Assembly: GCA_010093705.1 (NCBI GenBank)
Contig: MU006120.1
Location: 62,001 to 126,000 of the forward strand
DNA: 64,000 nucleotides
Direction: 5' to 3'
Source: Patellaria atrata CBS 101060
Lineage: Eukaryota
Shown here: positions 36,469 to 47,966 of the stretch, piece by piece
Layout of the letters: every line of letters starts with the position of its first letter
How positions within the stretch are numbered: the first letter of the stretch is position 1
Position numbers and translations under genes: made by a program
The notes under the pieces: model-generated
What the model was told of the DNA's origin: nothing
Seen by the model: only the letters and a program-made list of their open reading frames with translations
The model's database searches: none

Positions 36469-38805
36469 GGCGAATTATCACGTATGTTTTCGTAGGAGGT
36501 AGTCGGTTTCGGCAGTCGAGGTAGTCTGTAGGTGTCGATCAATAACACATAGGGTTTCTAGAGCAGTTCGAAGCATGGAAGTTAGGGTATTAGGATGACC
36601 TTTAAGTCGCAGGTACACAGACCGGTGGGGACTCAGAAATACCGGGAAGCCAAGCCCGTAAGACGGCGGAGCGGAGTGGAGTTTGGCGGTAGGACTGGGA
36701 CTGGGCTAGAACTACAAATATCGCTTGGCTGTTTTCCTTAGGGCTAAACACACTAACTTTTAGCTTCCCACGCTTCTGTTTCATAAGATCCTCACCAGTC
36801 TGGGGAACCTGAACTTCACTTTTCACAATATTAAAGTACAGTAGTTTGTAGGAGGATTACTGTACTACAATAACTAAGCCTTTACTCCCACCATTGTTCA
36901 GTATAAATGATCTCCTCTCATATTTAGATTTTCCGTAGAGTATAAGATGATCAAGTGGGTACGAAGTACTGTATCGTATCACTCTTCTCGAGGCGTCTGT
37001 ACAACTCCACCAAACTACTCCTTCAGGCACTGTACAAGCCAACGTCTCACAGCTTTAGGCATTAAACACAAGGCCTACTTAAAAGGTGGAAATTCGGTTA
37101 TACTAACGTCGAGAAGAGAGCATTGAACACTGGACTCCTGCAGAGGACAACAAGTACATGCGAGTACCACAATGCTGTTTCATGCCTCAGTTCGATAGAA
37201 CCATCAGGTATCCCTTATGCCACAGCGTAACCTTCTAGAAAAGAGACAACCCGTGTAAAGATACCCTGACTCTTTAGCAACATGAATCGAGCATTCACGA
37301 AGATACCCCAGAGAGAATCATAAGGTTTGAAGTTGATGCTTCTGTTTTCTCAAGCCTCTCTCATACTTGAAGCACCATGGAGTGTTTCAGAACGGTGATT
37401 GCGGATGCTTCAGCTGCGTCCTTACAGCCAGTAGATAGACGTTAAGAACGCCGGGAAGTTCTATGCAGCTTATTCCAGAACCAGTCAGGACGTTTCTACT
37501 AGCAAAGAGTACAGTACACTGTTCTGAAGATCAAGTGGATATACAACTGATCCTGGGGATTGACAAGCAATTGCGTTTCTTGGAATCTGTATAGCAAGAT
37601 GGTGACAGGAGAGACACGATACATCAGGAAACTGGCCTGGCTGGTATCAGAACGAGCATTAACAGAGCGGTTAATGGGCCCGTTTGATCGCCAATTTTAC
37701 CCACCTGGGGATTCTTGAAGTTGAGGGGAGGAGGTGCTGCCGGGAGGAGGATGAGGATACTAATAGTAAATAATAAAGAAATGAAATCCCCTCGATGTTC
37801 GTTTCTTTTCGCCGGTGCGCAGTATTTTGTCCTTGATATTATTTCGGAATTTCAAGTCGTCAGCGATCGTCTTAAGGTTGTTCGGCTCCCAGCTCGTTGT
37901 TGGCCCGCGGCGCCCACCTCCCGTCTTCTTCTCTTCCCCGGGCCCTGCCTGTTTTGGATAAGAGCCTTCGTTCTCTTTCTCCTCCTCCCCCAGTACCCGC
38001 AAGTCTCCCCTAACAGCTCACACCCCCATCCTCCCTCCACCAATTCCTCCCACCACCCGACATCCATTTTGCTACACCTTTTTTTCCTCACCCTTACTTT
38101 CTCATCCTTTACATCCTCTTTCTTCTACAGTCACTTGTCAGTCATAATCTGCTTGCCCTCGTGACTCCTAATCGACGCTTGTTGCAACCGTTCTCTACAC
38201 TTCTCCAGACCCTGCTGACCGCAAAAGCAGCCTGTCTATTTGCAGCATCTCCTGAAATCTGTATCATAATCTAATCCAAATCAACAGCGATTCGCAACAG
38301 TCGTACTACACTGCTAACGCCGCGTATCCTTCTGTTTCCTCGGCCCAATTCGTCGCTCCTTTACCTTCATCACTCCTATACTCAATCTGTTTCCAGCGAT
38401 TTTTGCATTAGGAGATATCAGTCATACGCAAAACTCCCGCAACTACCGAGCATCGCCTTGCTTCTCAATTTCGAACTCAATTCGACTCTGGAACCTGCAT
38501 CATCAACCAACCCAATCTGCTTGCTAAGCGCATCTACGGTACAACTTCTCGAGTGCTGGCAGCGATTGACTTGCTCAGGACACTCTAAGGAGCAGCATAC
38601 ATAAGCCAATCTATTGCACTTCTAGTCAGCAGGTCTGTGACTTTAAATTTGGTTTTCGAGTACGCGACTCGCTGGTACTTGTATATTGTAGACGGGACAT
38701 CAGACTTTGAAGGCATTCCCATATCCGGTCATATCGGGCACCATCTGGCGTACCCATCTACACTCCTTCGGCCGGTACCATTCGACAATACAGTTTAATC
38801 TGGTC

Positions 38806-38826
38806 ATGGTAATCAAGAGCACATAG
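38806..38826 (+). promoter_or_regulatory. Upstream ORF (MVIKST*) in the PUF gene leader
   Basis: Only ATG between ~37800 and the main ATG at 38886; stops 59 nt before it. Confidence 0.55.
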
Positions 38827-38885
38827 ATTTCATACAACGCATTGACAACATCCACGCAATCCATCTATCGGCTCCCTAATTAATA

Positions 38886-41800
38886 ATGGGCCCAAGTTCA
38901 CGACCTGAACACCATATCAATCTGAACTTTGTCCCCAATCTTACCCCTAATCAGTCCCGATCGGGCTCCTCGACTGCTGCAACATCTCCAATCGAACCTC
39001 CCACAAGCAATCCTAGAAGCTTTCCAATGACTGGCGGAAGCGGACTGGGGAATACAGCCTCAGGCTCAAGGCTAGGGGCAGGCTCTCCATCGCATGAATA
39101 CGGCGGCAGTAGGCTCTACTCAAAACGGTAAGCTATAACCTGGAAATAAATCCATTATGCTTAGCCTCGAAACTAATTAATACAGTGCTCGTGAAATACA
39201 GGCTCAAGAAGGTCTTGGTCCTCAAGTATGGGGTCCACCCACGAGCGGGCATTCGACACCTTTGCGTGAAACGATTCCTGAATCTCCCAATGCGGACTCA
39301 TTTCCCGACTTCAACCAACCCTCGTCGGAATTACCCACCTCCCAAACAACCAGTAGAAGGACTCGTGCCGGCACTCTACCATCCCGATTCTCCCCTTCAG
39401 GTGGTCCTCCGGGTCTGGCTATCCCAGCATCGCTCCTTACAAAGACCGCTCTTCCAACGCCATCTCGAAGTCCTTTCAATGCAGGCTCTAGTACCCCTAC
39501 CGAGATTCCTGGGTTTGCAACCGCCGCATCTGCTGCAGCAAAGTCAAAGTTGCTATCGCGTCTAAGGGCCGACTCCATGCCCCAACATGTCAACTTTCTA
39601 ACGGCCAACCGAAACCCCTTCGGTCCGTCTCTGTTCTCAACTAACTGGTCGACTGGCCGTGATCGATCCAGTACACTTATGAGTATTCAATCTTCCAATG
39701 CGCCAACGTCTCCCGCACAATCATCTTTCTCCAAAGATTCTCTCATTGATGCGGAAGTTAAAACTCTGGATTATCTGGGTCTTGTTGATACACCACAACA
39801 ATCTCGCGCCACTCTGGCTCCATCAGACATCGAGATGCTTCTAGAACAACAGCGAATCATGGCTCAGAATCCTTCCTTAGCAGCGCTTAAGAATGCCAAC
39901 CGATTCAGGTCCTATTCTGTGAACGCAAAGGAGAAGTATGCTGAGGACGACGAAGATGATTACGGTGCTTATCCTGGGAATTACAGTGGAACCCTCACCC
40001 CATCCGGTGATAACAATGCAGCTGCCTTAGCTATTCAAGAGGCAGTTCGCCAACATAACCTTGAGGTCCAAGCATTTGCTAATTTCGCGAGTGCTAGCCG
40101 ACCAAGAGCTAGGACCGCTGGTGTCCTTGATTCTCCCTCTTCCCGGTTGATGCGAAGCTATCTTCCTGCGCCTTCTCGGCTTGATAGTAGTATTAATGCT
40201 ACTGACATGAATCTATCGGAAGAGGCCGAGTATAGTGGTCTTGCAGAAGCCGTTCATAACATGCACCTGAATGTTAAGCCTGCCCTCGAGACTCCAGGAG
40301 AGGAACACATCGGAGAGGGACCAACAAGAGCACTCTGGCTTGGAAATATCCCTTCCTCAACTACTGTCTCCTCCCTCAATGTTATATTCAATCCCTTTGG
40401 CCCTATTGAATCTACTCGCGTTTTAACCCATAAGAATTGTGGTTTCGTCAATTTCGAGAACACTGAGAGTGCAATGCGTGCTAGGAATCAATTGAACAAC
40501 AAAGAAATATTCCCCGGCGCTGGCCCAGTCAAGATCGGATATGCCAAAGTGCCCAGTGCAACTGGTACTCCTGCTCATAACGGCTACTTTCCATCTCCTA
40601 GTCCAGACCCACAGTCCAAGATGCAAGGTGATGCTGCAACTTCCGGCCTTACTGGCACTGGTAACGTTCAAGGTCCTAGTGAGAGCCAAGCAGACATCGC
40701 TCCACCTACGCTCTCTACCCCTAACTTACCGGACATTAGGGGAGAAATCTTTAGAATCGTCAAGGATTTAGGCGCTACTGACGACGAGCAAGCTCGTATT
40801 GCCTCGGCAGTCGATGAAGTCATTGCCTATAACGATTATCGACCCGAAATTCCTCAAATCCCAGAACCAAGTCACAACCGTGTACATGACGCTCCGAGAC
40901 TCCGAGAAATCCGCAAGCGTATCGACAACAACTCTTGTAGCCAAGCTGATATCGAAGAGATTGCCGTGAACATGCTTCCTGAAATCGCTGAACTATCTTC
41001 CGATTACCTGGGCAATACTGTCGTTCAGAAGCTGTTCGAGTTCTGCTCCGAAACGGTCAAGGAGGCTATGTTGAGGGAAATTTCGCCTCATATGGCCGAA
41101 ATTGGCGTGCATAAGAATGGTACTTGGGCTGCTCAAAAAATCATTGACGTCGCCCGCGCGCCAAACTTGACGAAAATGATTGTTGATAGTCTACGCCCTT
41201 ATTCGGTTCTACTCTTCATGGATCAATTCGGCAATTATGTCATGCAAGGTTGTCTTAGGTATGGAGCACCCTTGAACAATTTCATATTCGAGGTTATGCT
41301 CTCCCGACTCTGGGAACTTGCGCAGAGTAGATTCGGTGCTAGAGCAATGCGGGCTTGTCTTGAAAGTCATCACGCTACTAAGGACCAACAGCGCATGATC
41401 GCTGCTGCTATTGCTCTTCACAGTGTTCAATTGGCTACAAATACCAATGGCGCGCTCCTGTTAACTTGGTTTTTGGATACCTGTACCTTCCCACGACGAC
41501 GAACCGTTTTGGCTCCTCGCCTGGTCCCACATCTTGTCCATCTCTGCACACACAAGGTCGCCTACTTGACTGTTCTCAAGATCATTAACCAAAGGAATGA
41601 ATCAGAAGCGCGTGATACAATTCTTCAGGCTCTGTTCTTCTCACCAAATGATAGGGTTCTCGAGGATATCCTCCTTGATCAAAGCTGTGGTGCGACACTC
41701 ATCTTCAAGGTGCTTACCACACCTTTCTTTGATGAAGCCCTTCGACCTGAGGTGGTTCAAAACGTCCGCAATGTACTACTCCGGATCAAAGCTCAGCCTG

Positions 41801-42482
41801 CACAAGGCTATAAGCGTCTTATGGATGAAGTAGGCCTTTCGACGCGCAATGCTTCTAGCAGCCGCGATCCGCATAGTCGTAATCTACATGAAGATTCCAG
41901 GCCAGGCTCAAAGCATGGTTCTACAATGAACGGACATATTCCTCCTCAAACTATAGATGCTCGTCAACAGTTCTTCCCAGGAATGCCACCGCAAGCATTT
42001 GATCTTCAACGCACCGGTAGCATGGACTCGAACGGCTTCGAGCAATACCCACTCAATGCTCTCAATGGCGGCCCTGTTTTCGCTCCCAATGGGAACATGC
42101 AAATCCCGGCAATGACTCCTCTACAATATCAGCAGGCTATGATGGCTGCCTCTGCCGGTCGTTCTGGCTTCTTTAACCCTCATTTGGCCGGTGTGCAAGG
42201 TTTCCCAGCCACTGGAGGCATAGACGGATTTAGGAACGTTGGTGCCGGGAGTATTGGTCAGACTGTCAATGGTAGTCCTTTGATCGGACAACAGGGATTT
42301 GTCGGTCAGCAAGCATTTGGACAAATGGGCGTTTCTCCACAGATGTACCAATACCCCATGCAGTATATGGCCGGTAGCCCACAGCAGCAACAAGGGCAAG
42401 CTGCCAGCGGTCAACGTAGAGGACGGGTAAGTTAAGATCTTCGTTTACAAAGGGTATACTGCTAACTGCATCACAGCGATAA
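38886..42482 (+). CDS. JSN1: Pumilio/PUF RNA-binding protein with RRM (Jsn1/Puf1-Puf2 type); introns 39128-39185 and 42427-42476
   Basis: RRM (PTRALWLGNIP, HKNCGFVNF) followed by PUF repeats (SDYLGNTVVQKLFE, HKNGTWAAQKII, DQFGNYVMQ, SRFGARAMRACLE); Q/G/M-rich tail. Confidence 0.93.
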
Positions 42483-43450
42483 AAACGTTATGGGCCCTTT
42501 GGCGTCACGTGCCCTTTGAACTCTCGTGACGTCTCTGTTTAGAGAACGTTCCGCATTACTTTCGATCTTCTACCCCTGTGCAGCTGAATATGCCGTATCG
42601 GGTCGGGACATTCATTTTATTTGTTTATCTTATCTTGACGAACACCACGAATCTTTCCCTTCACTGTCATTAATATCAACGGACATGATGGTTGTTGCAG
42701 AGCACTGGATGTTCGGACGACCTTCTCATGTCCTTGATGAAAGCAACTTTTCTCTGAGTCAAAGACTCTGTCTTCTCATGTGTCTTCCTTTACTTTGATC
42801 CTGAAAATCTTCTGAGGTGGGCGGTCTTGTGGCGTTTTGACATAAATGTTGGCTTCTTTACAATTCACCCGTCCAACCCATTGCGGTTGTATCGTGGTTT
42901 GATCTTCTACTTTGAAAATTCCTTCCCTTCGTGTAGCTTATATTTTTCTATGTGGGGTTTTCTTCGCCTGTATGTCGCGCACATTATATGAAATCCCGGT
43001 TTGGCGGAAAGGGGAAGACATGGATATAAAAAGCCAACATATACATGGTCGTTTGGTGGCAGTTTCCTTCGGGATTGTAGCTAGAGGCAATTCGAGCACT
43101 TGAGTCACTTTCCATTTCAACTTGCTGCTTCCTTATTCCATTTATGACAATCTCAAAGATCTGATAAGATACGTTCATGAACCAATCGGTAGAACCTCAT
43201 GTACTCGGGTCTTGGCAAGCAACGCGTCATATCCGATGTCCTCTACCAACCGTACATGGCTTTCTTCTCTCTTCATCTATTTGTTTTTTCTCAACGAGTA
43301 AAGCTGGTTTTTCCCTTTGAGGTCACAGAATACCTTACCCAGTCTCAGTATAAAATTCCTTTCGAAATTTCAGGCTATGAACTGTACGTGACCTCATGAA
43401 TGCATTCATACCTACATACTTTCTTACTAGAGCTAATTGCGTACTACTAT

Positions 43451-43700
43451 CTAGGCTTTGAGCTCGCCCGCCCAGCTTTCTGCGTCTAAAGACAACTCCG
43501 CCATTATAAACATGGCCAGCGGTCTGGGAAGTTGTGCTCTGGGACGATCAAACCCGAAATGCACAAGCTACAGTACCAGCAGAGCAGCACTCAATATGTT
43601 GACTATACATCAAGTACGAACCTCAAGCAGACCTCAACTGCGATATGTATGGATCCCAGATGGGTAAAGACTGAGATGGGTGGAGATGGCGCTATGCTAC
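43451..43700 (+). pseudogene. Short-chain dehydrogenase/reductase relic (C-factor/sniffer-like), internally deleted and frameshifted
   Basis: LGFELAR/QLSASKDN directly fused to IINMASGLGS, YSTSRAALNMLT, then MDPRWVKTEMGG in another frame. Confidence 0.75.
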
Positions 43701-44379
43701 ACGTCGCAAAATTCAGTGTAGGGACACAATTACGCTGCACTGTTCAATATCTCCATTCTACTCCAGCTCACAAGAATGATAGGCTCAGGTGTCTCTAATT
43801 GGAACATCTTACTCGCTATTTTGGATTACAAACGGACAAAGGATCTTTCGACTCAAGTTTCCAGTTTGGTTCCACCAAACGATATGCCTGCGCTTATGCA
43901 ACAAAGAATAACCCACAGACCATCAGCCCTTCTGTTCGGGGCTCTCGAATAAAGGCCCAAGCTCCGTAGGGCAAATTTATGGACAATCTCAGCGGCGAGT
44001 CCCAGTGGATTTGTGGCAACGTTCATTTGCCCATTTGCTACTATCGTAACAAGGCTCCTTTGACACGTTCGAGTATCAACCTTAATGGACATGGATCCTC
44101 GACAAAGCTGGAATAGTCCGTCCATTGAATTTGATTGTTCATCATGTTAAATGAGTGATGTAGGTGTTTGGATTAAGTATTTTCTTCATACAACATGTGT
44201 CAATATAGAATGTCAGGTCCCCTACCATGAGTCCTTCACACCACGGTGACTTCTCTTTCCATTCTCTACGTTCATTACTTGTTGGTTTTCTCTTAGAAAT
44301 AACACTCGTTTGAAGAGGTTACAAGTAATTTTGCCTCGCCACACTCTTTTTAATCAGAACCCACGCTCGTTTCAACATC

Positions 44380-45774
44380 ATGGTCAAAGGGAAAAATTTT
44401 GTCTTTGCTTGCTTTCTAGCTCAAGCTTTTGCCGTACTTAATTATGGCGAATATCAACCTCCTGACTCCAAAAAAGTTTTCAAGACAGTTACTCAATACA
44501 GCACGGTGATTAAGAAAGGAACAACTACCAAGTATGGCAATCCGATCATTAAGACTGTTCATCCTGTCAAATATGTCACCTCTGTTCAATCTTCCGTCAA
44601 GATCATCACTGTTCTTACTATAAGTACAAAAATCGTAAGCTCCGTCGTTACTTCTATTGTCAAGGCCACAAATACGGCCTTCAACTACGATAATCCCACT
44701 TGCAAGGCTACGACCTTAACTGTCTCTGCCAAACCGACCACAATCTTTGCTTCTGGGAAGACTCTGACCCTGACTGCATCGGGGAAGACCCTCACTTCCG
44801 TTCAAACAAGCCTAGTCAACCGAACTATTACAGCTCCGGCCTCGACAGTTCAGGTCACCTCTGTTTCCACTGCAACATCTATCAAGAGTCTGACTTCCGT
44901 TCAAACAATCCTGGTCAACAGAACTATCACAGCTCCTGCTTCAACAGTTCAAGTCACCTCTGTTTCCACCACAACGTCTATCAAGACCAGTCTCATCAGT
45001 ATCCAGGGGCAAAATAGAACAATAACTACTATACTTCCAGCCGGAGCAGCTCAAACAAAGATCATTCTTTCTACTTTCACAGCGCCTGGCCAGAACAGGA
45101 CGATTATTACCACGGCTTCCCCCCAGACGAAGACCATTTTCTCTACATTGACTGTTGCAGGCCAAAACAAGACAATTATTCTTGTAGCGACAACTACTTT
45201 CAACAAAACCGTCAATGCTGCTCCTATAATAATCACCTCTATCGCGAAGGCCAGCACGATTACTTCAGTTTATACCAGTATTGCCAATCGTACTATCATA
45301 AGCACCGTCAACATCGCCCCTAAATCGCCCCTAACGTGCAAACAGACCTCAGTCTCCACAGCAACCATTTCAGGAGCCAATAGCACCAAAACTCTCACGA
45401 TCACGCCTGCTGCTTCTACTGTGACGAAGAGCTATACCCTCACTGGCTCCATCTCTACCTTCAGCCTGCCTGCCAGTACCTTCACCAAAACCGTAAACAT
45501 CGCCCCTGAGTCTCCCATGCGAACCGAGACACCGAAGGCATCGACTATAACAGTAACAAGGACGAGCTGTGAGACGAAATGGAGTACAAGCACGGTTACA
45601 TCGACGGCGAAGGCGAGTACGGTGACGGCAGTAGTAACCCAGACGCAGGTTCAGAGCGTGACAGTGACAAAGGAAATTGTTCAGACGAAGACACAGACCC
45701 AGATCCAGACCATAAAGGAAAACGTTACCGTCACGCTGGATTATGGATACGGGTATTACCGCCGGAGGACGTAG
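44380..45774 (+). CDS. Secreted Thr/Ser/Val/Ile-rich repeat glycoprotein (mucin/adhesin-like)
   Basis: Signal peptide (FVFACFLAQAFA), internal 33-aa duplication, many N-x-T sequons, intronless. Confidence 0.85.
   Translation: MVKGKNFVFACFLAQAFAVLNYGEYQPPDSKKVFKTVTQYSTVIKKGTTTKYGNPIIKTVHPVKYVTSVQSSVKIITVLTISTKIVSSVVTSIVKATNTAFNYDNPTCKATTLTVSAKPTTIFASGKTLTLTASGKTLTSVQTSLVNRTITAPASTVQVTSVSTATSIKSLTSVQTILVNRTITAPASTVQVTSVSTTTSIKTSLISIQGQNRTITTILPAGAAQTKIILSTFTAPGQNRTIITTASPQTKTIFSTLTVAGQNKTIILVATTTFNKTVNAAPIIITSIAKASTITSVYTSIANRTIISTVNIAPKSPLTCKQTSVSTATISGANSTKTLTITPAASTVTKSYTLTGSISTFSLPASTFTKTVNIAPESPMRTETPKASTITVTRTSCETKWSTSTVTSTAKASTVTAVVTQTQVQSVTVTKEIVQTKTQTQIQTIKENVTVTLDYGYGYYRRRT
44791..44988 (+). 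repeat. Two tandem 99-bp coding repeats
   Basis: LTSVQTSLVNRTITAPASTVQVTSVSTATSIKS / LTSVQTILVNRTITAPASTVQVTSVSTTTSIKT; differences are mostly at third codon positions. Confidence 0.9.
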
Positions 45775-46747
45775 GTGAGAAGAACATACTCTTGAAGACG
45801 AGCAAGGGGCGAGGTATGACTAGGGGTTAAGGGGAGCCGGATGATCAAGGAGGAAGGGGTTGATATTGGCCAAGAGAAAATGAAAAGCATATTTTCTTTT
45901 CAACGGGCCGCCGTATGGCGTCGACGCCTCTTTTTGTATGCTTTAGAATCGTGTAGTGGATTATTTGTTTCCTGGATAGATGAGACTGAGCGTAATATTA
46001 TTCCTTTCTTATACCAGACATGAAGACTTTTGATGCTAGTTTGAAGATGAAATTGGAACACTAACAACTGAGCACTTACAACTGAGCACAAGAGGCCGAT
46101 AATCGAAAGATGGTCAGAGTAAGTGGAGGACATACAGTACCATAATCTATGTCGCTTGCCAAGAGCAGACTACCCGAGATTCCGCCGATTAACTCATGCA
46201 TGAACGTATCTTATCAGATCGGCGAGACCCTCAAACCCCTTTTAACGGCAGAGGTGCTGTTTTGCAGATAAATTCTGACAAAGCCGTCTGTTATGATTGG
46301 CTCGGTTCGATATCTAAACTTGAATCTAGTAACACGGCACTAATATTCGCTTAGCTAGCTGGCTTGAATGGTTATGAGTGACATTTACTTACCTGGTAGC
46401 CATGCCATCCGCAGCGTACAGGACGACCTTCTGCACGATATAGCTGAAGATAGCCTCTATCTCTCAAGTAAGGTACAGGTACAGTACGTTACCTATCTAC
46501 GTCTCCAAATTCGAATGCGTTCTGCACGAAGCACGTAGGAATGACTGGCATAACGTCACAAACGTCTCGGTATTCGGAAACGGGACTCAACTCGATGATA
46601 CATGCTCGCCATGTACGTACTCAGATTCCGCACGGACCATAGAGCAGCTGAATGGTCGTAGTATCATAGCATCAAACACGAGCCACAGCTCCACCCATGG
46701 AGATCGATGGAAATCTACAGCCTTCAAGTCAACGGCGTCAGATTCGG

Positions 46748-47330
46748 TCAACATACGGCTTGAAACACTCCGTCCAGTCTCACTATCAAGCTCGACACGT
46801 GCTCGCTTACTGTCGCCAGCTCAGCGTCAGCTTCTTGAGTCTTGTTTGAGAAATCGTAAACATTTGAGAGCTGATCGAAGATCGTGTTGTAGTTCCAAAT
46901 TCCGAGCTCTTCAGCCTGACTGAGCTGTAACAGCACTATTGCTTGCAGGTGAGATTCGAGACTGAGATAGACGTAGTAGAACTGAGCTGTGGCATATCCG
47001 ATAGCTGTTCCGTTGGCACGAAGCTTGGTAATGAGACGAATTCGGCTCGCTGAGCGAAAGGTTGAGTGTGTTACTGGGGTGGCTTGTTCTTGTAGAGACT
47101 GGATTGGAGAATGTTGTTGGTTGATCTGATCTCTCAGCTCGGAGAACATAGTTTGGAGCTGTTGCTCCATCGTTTCAATGGAGAGGGAAAAGTAACGGAG
47201 TGTTGTTTTTTGATAGCAAACCTGACGTAACGTGGATTCGAGTGCGTGGAATCGAATGCGTGGAATCGAATGCGTGGGATCGAATGCGTGGAATCGAGTG
47301 AGCGAAATCGCGTGCGTGGAATCGAGTGCG
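46748..47330 (-). mobile_element. Truncated LTR-retrotransposon relic: gag-like ORF (46748-47170) plus repeat-containing leader
   Basis: Coiled-coil start, then KLRANGTAIGYATAQFYYVYLSLESHLQAIVLLQL...WNYNTIFDQLSNVYD, resembling fungal Ty3/gypsy-type Gag; no pol or paired LTRs seen. Confidence 0.65.
47233..47330. repeat. 14-bp tandem repeat TGGAATCGARTGCG, 7 copies
   Basis: Read directly, 63 nt upstream of the gag-like ATG. Confidence 0.92.
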
Positions 47331-47966
47331 AGTCATAAGTTCGTGTTTGATGACGTAGATTTTGAAAAACAAAGGGACAAGAAAGAACTGGATCTCAACC
47401 TCGACTAAACGATATATTTGTAATCCACGGCAAGTATTTTTGGAGGCACGAGCATAACATAGATTGCGATGAATGCGCGTCTCTAAAGGAGAAGTTTTGA
47501 GATGGTGAGGTGGTGAGGTGATGAGGTCGGGTGTGCTGCTGAACTGAGGTAGATTATTGACATACAGATGATGTAGTTCTATAGATGAAGTCTTAAATCA
47601 ACTTAGTATCAAAATATGCCTCCTCGAATTTTGGCGTGGTCAGTTCCCAAAGTGGGACAGAACTCGAGAAAGATTGCGGGCGTAATGGAAGGTATTGGCA
47701 ACTTGACCTGCATTCCATCAGCAGCTGTTCTCCTAGGCGATGAAGATACTGTACATACGGCATGAAAGATATTTGGTGAACCTAGATAGGAGAGAAATCA
47801 CCCCGATATCTGCTTTAAACTTCGAATACGGCGAAGAGGATACATCAGGCGTACATCAAGCGTACAGCAAGCGTACAGCAAGCAAACACTGCCGGACCTG
47901 ACAACTGACCAGATTCTTTCCTGCAGCGATAGTCATGGAGTATATTAATACATTAGGTTCCCACGC

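Noticed and set aside
47233..47330. CRISPR-like array
   Set aside because: Contiguous 14-bp units without spacers, eukaryotic context and no cas genes
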